This document shows, in pieces, positions 32,083 through 64,000 of a stretch of DNA of 64,000 bases. The DNA comes from Amoebidium appalachense (lineage: Eukaryota > Protista > Ichthyosporea). Numbering within the stretch: the stretch's first letter is position 1; each line of letters opens with the position of its first letter. The DNA is taken from contig CAVNZM010000010.1 in NCBI GenBank assembly GCA_963693365.1, positions 1,240,001 through 1,304,000 of the forward strand, written 5' to 3'. Below the pieces are notes generated by a model that did not search any database, was not told where the DNA came from, and was given only the letters and a program-made list of their open reading frames with translations. The position numbers were made by a program, and so were the translations under genes.

Positions 32083-33497
32083 ACCCACCCCTTCCCTGCG
32101 TTCAAACATTCTTTCCCCACACAGACCCACACAAACACCACACTTCTATGGTCTATCGTACACGAGTGACTCAACCACTATAGCTAAGAAACCCGTGGTT
32201 AGAATTCTTCCGTCTCGACATCCGTTCATAGAATATCGTGCTTACCATTATTCCAGTGCACAAACATCTGTTTTCTTTATTTTACTATCCAAAAAATACA
32301 GTTTGTTTTTCTTGTGTGGTCTGTTCCATAACATTCTAAATAGTTTGTGTCTGTAATGTAAGTCAAGCCTGATGGCATGGTTCGTGATTCTTACCCAATC
32401 AAAACGCAGGGCTTGCCCTCATGTTGCCGGTGCTGCTGCCGCCCTTTGGAGCCAGTTCCCTGTTGCATACGTGCAGGACGTGGGTGCCCCCCCCCCCCCC
32501 CCCCCTCCCCCCTCCCCCCCCCCCCCCCGGGGCCGTCCCCCCTCCCCCCGCCCCCTCCCCCTCTCTCTCCAACCCGCCTCCCCTCCCCCCCCCCCCCCCC
32601 CCCCCGTGCATACTATGTTTGCTTTGAAAATGTGCATCGTAATGTTCTTTGCCGGAGCTGTCTACTTTTTTTCCTGTCACACTTGGCACTTGGTAGCCCC
32701 TCACCCCCCTCCCCCTCCCCTCCCCCCCCCCCCCTTCCTCTTCCTCCCCCTCCCCCCCCCCCCCCCCCCCCCCCCTCCCTTCCTCCCCCCCTCCCCCCCC
32801 CCCCCGCCCGGACCCCGCTTTCTTATTAGTGAATGCCTTGTGGTGCACGTGCGAAAGAGCATTCCATTGGTCCATTTAGTTTGGTGGCCCAACTAATTTG
32901 CCGGTGTGCCGGGTGATCCTGGTTGTTAGTGCAGGAAACCAAAAAAAAAAACCTAAAGACTGATTTGCTATTGATTATGAGCGAGTTCTAACAACGTCGT
33001 TTAGGTGGAATCAATCGAATATATTTTATGTGAGGCTCCGACACATTTATCGGCGCAATAGAGCCCAAGCATCATTGTCCAATTAGTGACATTACCATTA
33101 CAGTACTGTGACAAACTGAGTTTATACGCTAATAAGAAGGGCTAGAATCAATACAGCAAAAGTAAACCCCCTCTCATATTTTTCACTTCCTGCAAGCAGG
33201 TGCGCAAAATCCTTCTGGAAAGCGCCACGCCCAACGCCATCAAGAACATCCGCCCATGCCCGGCCAGCCCCAACAAACTACTCTACGCAAACTGGCGCAA
33301 CGCGATCTACTCCCCTACCGACAGCACCGCGAGCGCAAACAGCACTTATGAATGCGACCCTACGGACCTTAAGAGTCGCGAGTTTCTGCATGTTTAAGGT
33401 GGGGCAGTGCGTTTCCACCCGCCCGGGCGTCACTGATAAGTGGTGTCAGCAGCAGGGGTGCTCTGTCGCTTACAAGGATGTCTGCACCCGTGATTAG
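30604..33497 (+). pseudogene. 3' half of a third S8 subtilisin gene (5' half absent locally). Exons: 30604-30678, 31710-31784, 32410-32479, 33200-33497 (frameshift at TTT 33383-33385)
   Basis: DDKIATFSNWGTCVDIFAPGVSIFS / GIMSGTSM / ACPHVAGAAAALWSQFP / VRKILLESATPNAI..SPNKLLY. Removing one T extends the frame into CVSTRPGVTDKWCQQQGCSVAYKDVC. No Asp or His exon is visible between 29600 and 30600. Confidence 0.75.
31150..31437. repeat. (TACACA)n hexanucleotide microsatellite
   Basis: Read directly. Confidence 0.9.
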
Positions 33498-34165
33498 GTG
33501 GGAATTTTCAAAAATACTGGAATTTGATACAGATTTTCCGTGATTAACGATCGTGGTGTCTTTGGAGGATAATTTGGAATGTTTATGGTCCAGGTGTAGC
33601 CAAGTGAAACAAATACGAGTTGATGGAATTTTTTAGAAGGAAGTGGATTTTTATTTGTGTCTTTCAGATCATAATTATAAATTTTGAAATCCGGGTTCTG
33701 GCTTTTTAATTGCCAATGGGCTTTATGTTGTGTAAAAACGGTTATCAAAGCAATGCCATGCACACGGTGCGGGTCGACTGTACATCTAATAATGCTGTGT
33801 CGATGTGGAGTTAGTGGGTACATATTTGGTTTGTTAATCATGTAGTGGGAGTGAGTTGGTTGCTTGTCTCATAACTGAAATCTAAACAGCGTTTGTTTGT
33901 TTTAACAATAACATAAAGATCCGGTCACTGTGTGGCCGGATTTCGGAGTACTTTAAGGCGTCAAAAAAAGAATACATCAATGGACACGACAGTAAACGTA
34001 ATTGCCAATTGCTATTTGGGGTTTTCAAATGGGAAGCCTGGGTCAAAAGGGGGGAGGGGGGAAGGGCGGGGGGAGGGGGGAGGGGGGAGGAGTGTCTGTG
34101 TTTTGTGTGTGTGTTTTGTGCGTGTGTTTCATGTGTGTGTGCTTGTGTGTGAGTGCGTGTGTGTT

Positions 34166-34225
<60 letters not shown>

Positions 34226-34247
34226 CGCGTGTGTGTGTGTCTGTGTT

Positions 34248-34307
<60 letters not shown>

Positions 34308-34687
34308 GTGTGTGCATGTTCGTGTGTGTGTGGGAGTGGGGGGTTGAGGGGAGGGAGGGGAGGGGTATGCAAGTTGCCCGCGGGATGGCGATCAATCATA
34401 GTTAATCCTGTTGAAGTGGTTGTTGTGTTGTCAGCTTGCCGAACTTCTCCGTTGCAAAAGTCATTGAGTTATATATCAGGGTAGCGGGAGAATGTTACTA
34501 GAAATGAATAACGAGTGTTTTGAGTTCAAATTACGCTTACCGTGGCTGTGGTGTCGCCGTGGCCCACCTGGGAGGAGGGGGGGGGGGGGGGGGTAGATGT
34601 ATACACAATAATTTACACACACACACACGCACACACACACGCACACACACACACACACGCACACACACACACACACGCACACGTGCA

Positions 34688-34761
<74 letters not shown>

Positions 34762-35852
34762 CACACACATACAGCATCGTGCCACCTGACACAAGCATAG
34801 AGATACTGTGTGACTGTCTTGACGACGTGTTGGCGCGTGCCGCACATTTATGGGGCACCGCACCACACATAAAGTGACCCACACACACATGTAAACTGCC
34901 ATTTATCCCCCCCCCCCCCCCCCCCTCCCCCCCCACCCCCCCCCCCCCCTCTCTTCCCCTCCCCCTTCCCCCCTCCCTCCCTTTCCCAGCCGAGGTTTTG
35001 ACAGTTTGTGTGTGTGTGTTTACATTTGCGTATGTTTGTGTGTGTGCGTGCGTGTTTGTGCATGTCCAGGTGCCCGCATGTGTATGTGTGTGTGTGTGTG
35101 TGTACATGTGCGTGCGTGAATTATTCTTCGGCAACAGTAATGCACTATGACTGTGTATGATCTCGTTTACATCCGTGAATAGTCACTGTGCATGTCATTG
35201 GTGGTGGTAGTGGTGGTGTGTGTGTGGGGGGGGGGGGGATTGGGGGGAGGAGGAGGAGGAGCGGGGAAAAAATAGTTTACTAAACGACAAAAAAAAAAAC
35301 CTTTGAACTCGTGGCACCTCAGCACTATCGAACAGTTACAACCTGAGAAGGGAAGGAGGGGGGGGGGAAGGGGGGAGGGGGGAAGGGCAGAGGCAGAACT
35401 GTGTGCTGTGACTCATGGACCAAAGAATTTGCAGCATGAACAACGAAAGCAAAAATGAGAAACTAGCGAAATATTTAATGTACACGGGCAACCCCTGCAA
35501 TACGTTTAGAAATTTTCGACAAAAGAAGTGCTGTACAGGCCACGTAGGTTAAACGTTGCTTCTAACCTACCACTGCTTGGGGGGGGGGGGGGGGGGGGGG
35601 GTCCTCTCCCCCGGCCCTCAGAGGGAGGGCGGGCTAGGCAAGGGTGGGGCTCCCGGGAAAGGGGGGGGGAGGGGGGGGAGGGGGGGGGGTTATATGTGTA
35701 GCACACAAAATGATTGCGTATTATATATGTATACAATTGGTCACCATAATGTGAATGGATGATGGTGCCAGTCGCACTCGCCATGGCCGGAAAACCTTTC
35801 AGTGGACGCTTGGAGTAGGAAAATTTGAGGAGATTTCGGGAGGTAAGCTTAG

Positions 35853-36147
35853 AGGGGGTTTCTTTTAGCTTCTCGGGCCGGGCCGGGTCAGAGGGGATTC
35901 TAGCTATATGATTGGTGTACTGCGCATCAGCTGCGCACCATCGTTTTGCCGGCAGCAAGGTACAGATGCGCCATAATACGACAATGAAGAGAAAGAAAAG
36001 AGAAAGAAAAGAAATAAAGAGTGGAATAATAATAATAAAGCTTTAGGAAGAAAATTGCAGTTCATATCATGGTTTATATGCTGAGTAAATGGCTTGACCC
36101 GAATGTGCTGGAATGGGGACAATTAATCGGCCTAAAAGAAACCCCGT
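35853..36147 (-). mobile_element. Same TTAA/Kolobok-like MITE; copy 2, inverted relative to copy 1
   Basis: Reverse complement aligns along its whole length to 12053-12346. Flanks are TTAG and TTAA. Confidence 0.85.
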
Positions 36148-36194
36148 TTAAGGCCTTGTACATCAGTAATAACTTGGAGCTCGAGGCACGAGGG

Positions 36195-36233
<39 letters not shown>

Positions 36234-36271
36234 TATGCCCTGCATTTCTTCACCCACCCGTCTCACTAACC

Positions 36272-36310
<39 letters not shown>

Positions 36311-37239
36311 ACCGGGGGGGGCCCCTTGCCCAAAAAATAAAATAATAATAATAATAAAAAAAGCTGCATGCAAACGTATATCTCAAGTGCTTTTTATCAG
36401 ATTTTCTCAAAAAGGGTAAGGGAAAACACGATGGGGCACGTGCAACTCCATTTATTTGGTAGAGGCCGCTTTTTATGCGTTATCAGACTCTATCATTGTG
36501 AACTATATGGCAGACATATCACGGAAAACATACACGGACGAGATATACGAATTTTTATTGATGTGCTCAAAGGACAAAGGAATCACAAAAGAGATATCTC
36601 CGGCAGATCATATCAGTCTCAATCATCGAATTAGTCTTCCTTGCAGCCCCGCTTGCGCAATGAAATTGCGTAATCTAAGGTTTTCCGTGTGTAGACTACA
36701 CGCTCTCATGCGGCAGCGGCTGGCCCGCGCTGGCGCGGCGCGTGCATGCGCACAGCTGTTTCGCTGAGACAGAGAGAGGGAGGGAGAGAGAGCGAGAGAG
36801 AGAGAGAAAGAGAGATAGTGTGTGTGTGTATCGCATACGTGGAGACAGCGACACAATTAGCTAGATAAAGCTGCTGCTTTCAAACTGTTTACAACAGGGT
36901 GACAAAGAATTGCCTTTTCCCTGTAGATAGGACAATTAACACGTGATAACATCGAGAGAGGTAATAAGGGTTGTTTTCTCAGACGTTTACCGAGGAAGAG
37001 ACAAAAGAAAGCATCTGTGTTCTATCTGAATGCTCATGCCCATTCTGAATCCAAAACACTAAAGCACTTTCTCTTCTCTGTAACGCCTTGACCCATTTGT
37101 TAACCATTAAGCTACTAGTCAGCCCGGGAGCTCTCTTTCTTCTTGGTATCTTCTTCGTGAGGTTCTGACACGGAGAACCACAGCTCATTTTAATCTGAAA
37201 CTACTTTTTATATGCGTTTATGAGGGTAAAGACAGCAAG

Positions 37240-45605
<8,366 letters not shown>

Positions 45606-46657
45606 GGGAAAAAACATTTTTTTTTTTTCTCTTGTTTTTCTTTTCTTTCCTTCGTTCTTTCTTTCTTTCCTTTTTTCTTTGTTCTTTTTCGTTTTCTTTC
45701 TTTCTTTCTTTCCTTTTTTTTTTTGTTACGTTATAACGTGTAGGTTTTATTGTCAGTGTTTCTCGAAAGTTGCTCATGTACCTGCGATCTACCGATCTGC
45801 GAAAGTGCGCTGCCACCCTTGACGCACTGGGGCAAAGGCCGATTAAGAGCGTTAAGGGCAACAGGAGCCCGCGGGGATGGGAGAGCACTTCAGTTTTCTT
45901 CTTGTTTATTTTTTGGGTTTGCTGTATATGCTTTTTCCTTTTCCTTTTTCTTAATTTTTAGTTTTTGATTTTATTATGATTTTAGTAATGTGGAGAGCGA
46001 TAGTTTTTGTAGGATCGTGTGGCTATTTCGATTCCCTTTTTTTTCTTCCCTTTTTTTTGGTTTAGTTTTGTTGTGAAACGTGTTCACGATGTCACGATGT
46101 GATGTCTTGATTTCACTGTTGTGTGGGATGGGTGATTTCTATTCATTATATATGGTTTACGAGCATACACAAGGCGTATCATGTTTGAGGTTTTCGCAAC
46201 TTTAAATTTGGTTCAAATGCAAGTTCGAAGTCGACTCAGGTATGATGAGTACAGGAAGCCTTTGGTGAGAGAGGTGGAGAGTTGAAATGTCCAAACGAAA
46301 AACAAAGTTTGTTTCTGTGCGTTGCCGATCTGTGATTGATCGATATGCCAAATAAACTTCGTTGCTGATTCAGTGCAATTGGAAGCAAACGGGCATACAC
46401 GTAAACATACATATATGCAACACATTTGATCGCGTCGATCGTTTACGTATGTGCCCGGTCCGTATATACGTGTGCTGGGCAGAGGCCGGCACACACAGCA
46501 CGTCAGTTGAGCTCATGATCACACACAAATTTAAGGGGAATCCAGTCCGGTTTTTGCTTTTCATCGATTCGTGTTTTTGGTTTTGATTATTTTTTATTCA
46601 AGATCTTCGAAAACGATTTCGTTCGAACCTTCGAAAGGCCAAAAAAAAAAAAAAAAA

Positions 46658-46691
<34 letters not shown>

Positions 46692-46906
46692 CTTATGGTA
46701 AAAGATCCATGATAAATGTGTATGCACATCCCAAACATTCAGTAGAGAATTTCGATCTATCCAATGAATATCCCAAATGCTGCATGCCGGCACCCGGGCG
46801 CTGGTCCAAATTTGCGACCTAATCGATCTAATCGGCTTTATGTGTCTTCCGAAACTCCTTGTAAACCTAGGTGAAAATCTTCACGATATCGCAAATTTGA
46901 ATGTCT

Positions 46907-46960
<54 letters not shown>

Positions 46961-47185
46961 CCCTTCCCATACATACACGAAAACATTTGCGAGCTGAAAA
47001 AATACATTCATCGCTGCACTAATCATTTCTCAAGCATGAATCACACAAAAACAAGCAAAAACAAGCAAAAAGCATCCACACGGAACAATCATCAATTCTT
47101 GCGGAACACACAATGAAGGAACGATTCGCAATTCGCTATTCGATTCCCGCATGCAGGTTGAGAGTTTCAACACTGCTTTAAAAAG

Positions 47186-47216
<31 letters not shown>

Positions 47217-47400
47217 CATACCCAAGGAAGCTTTACAAACAGAACCTAAACATCCCTCATGAACGGAACATGTATCAGATCTGAAAAATGGCTCACAAAG
47301 GGAGTAATACACTATGCACCATAATACCCTATACCCACTACTACACCGCACTATCCTAATAAAAAACTAAAAGAAAATTAGAGGTGCATTTTCAAAATAG

Positions 47401-50355
<2,955 letters not shown>

Positions 50356-51468
50356 CTTTCACTGAATTTCGCTAACAGAACTGAATAGGATCGTAAGGCT
50401 TATACAATCTAGTAACTCGCCACGCTGTGCACTGTGAATGTTAGGCGTGTGCCCAATAGAACAGGTACAATGCTGGCAGGCTTCTTGTTAGGACGCTGTA
50501 AACCCAAAAAAAACATTGAGTATAACCCCCCAAACATTTGAGTAAAGAACTGTAAAGTAAAAGGTGGAATGGGACCTTATTGAGGGTCCGTCTTTTATAT
50601 GAATCACACTAGTGTAAGGAGTGTACACTATTGTAGGTACTAAAGGGACTATGAGTGCTTGATATAATGACGTCACAAAAATGAAGAATGTAACATGAAG
50701 ACTAGCTGAAGGTGATTGGGTAAGGTGGAATATCTGTAAAGAAATATTTCCATATTTGTCGCAAATTAAAGACAAGACAGAAGTTAAAGGTTAGAAGGGT
50801 TGCGACCTGTACCACAAAGTTGAGAAAAAGACAAGTAAAGGAGCTCAATAAACGACAATTTATTGCAGTAAATAAATAGGTAGACCGAATAAAACTTTTA
50901 TGGTTTTTCGTGTGCACAGTTACCGATGGATATTTTTCCCACCCTACCTGCCCACCTGATGTGTGTTATTACAGTGCTAAAGCCAACCTTCAAAACGCTG
51001 ACTTTAAGAGTTAGCAAGCGCGCGCCCCAAAACCGATGGCCACCACTAACGAGAGAAGTGAAAAAGTAGAAGGGAAAACCCATGCACCTGTACTCATGTT
51101 ATAGCGAACATTGGCTTTATATTTTATAGAATAGTCTAATTTTCTTATGTGCCAGCTTATGTAGCTATTGCAGGTTAGTAGGGAGTCGGTGGAAAGAAGT
51201 AGTTGTTGGGTTATGAGAAGGCATCCCTTCGTGAGCATTTAGGTACATTCACCACACCATCTATGGTGACAAAGGTGTTTGTGTGGACTTTATGCTATAG
51301 AAAGAGCACGCCCCTGGAAAAACATCGGTTGGTTTTGAGTAAGCCCCTAGCAGGGGCATTTGTGGACAAAACTACAAACTCTGTCACCCTCGTCATACAA
51401 ACATTTTCCTCACATGTTACGCAAAATAACCAGTTGTCAAGGCCGTCAATCGGCTTTTCCTTTTAAAA

Positions 51469-63577
<12,109 letters not shown>

Positions 63578-63583
63578 GTATGA

Positions 63584-63645
<62 letters not shown>

Positions 63646-63772
63646 CACCCCCCACCCCCTTCCTCCAGAACCCCGCACTTCTCTTTTTAACGGGCGCTGG
63701 AGGGGGAGGGGGGAGGGGGGGAGGGGGGGGGGGGGGGCTTGGCTTGGAATGAATTCCGCCTTCCAAAACATA

Positions 63773-63803
<31 letters not shown>

Positions 63804-64000
63804 GAAAAGTGTGCCTTTGTCATCCTTTATCGTATGCATGACATGCATGCATGCAGGCACACACACACACTCACACAGAGACATGTGGTCAGCCTAGAAT
63901 AGAATGCTCGGGCACAAGTGCAGGGGTACATTTGAATGCAGCTCACACATAGGCACATGCATAGATGTATATACCAGACATGCGCACGCGCGCGCAACAC

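Noticed and set aside
36368-36767. ORFs of normal complexity upstream of MRPS15
   Set aside because: No recognisable motif or splice-compatible partner exon; probably transposon-internal or promoter DNA.
50480-51300. Possible decayed LINE or Penelope coding remnant between the methyltransferase and H-NOX genes
   Set aside because: Only scattered 3-5 aa resemblances in different frames with many stops; not supportable by eye.

Overview
Eukaryotic, intron-rich genomic DNA with GT-AG introns packed with poly(C)/poly(G), (CA)n/(TG)n and (GA)n tracts. Nearly all ORFs in the supplied track are low-complexity artefacts. Manual exon assembly, checked for splice phase, gives seven gene models: (1) the 5' part of a mitochondrial ABC half-transporter ABCB7/Atm1 (minus, runs off the left edge); (2) a secreted proteinase-K-type S8 protease with 8 EGF repeats and an aqualysin-like C-terminal domain (plus); (3) a catalytically dead S8 homologue with a Cys-rich tail (minus); (4) a 5'-less S8 fragment with the same tail (plus); (5) mitochondrial ribosomal protein uS15m (plus); (6) a FAM173-like class I methyltransferase (minus); (7) an H-NOX + H-NOBA/PAS protein (plus, runs off the right edge). 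In gene 7 the soluble-guanylate-cyclase coiled coil is replaced by a segment resembling the pre-catalytic region of class I cyclic-nucleotide phosphodiesterases (PDE8-like), making it a candidate gas/haem-regulated PDE. Non-coding highlights: about 17 copies of a structured, variably 5'-truncated repeat that typically ends in poly(C) and is always intronic and sense to the host gene; several MITEs with clear target-site duplications; and decayed copies of exon/intron junctions beside the real ones. Gene content suggests a unicellular holozoan-like organism (inference only). Three single-base frameshifts in homopolymers suggest consensus errors. All homology statements come from recalled motifs, not database searches.
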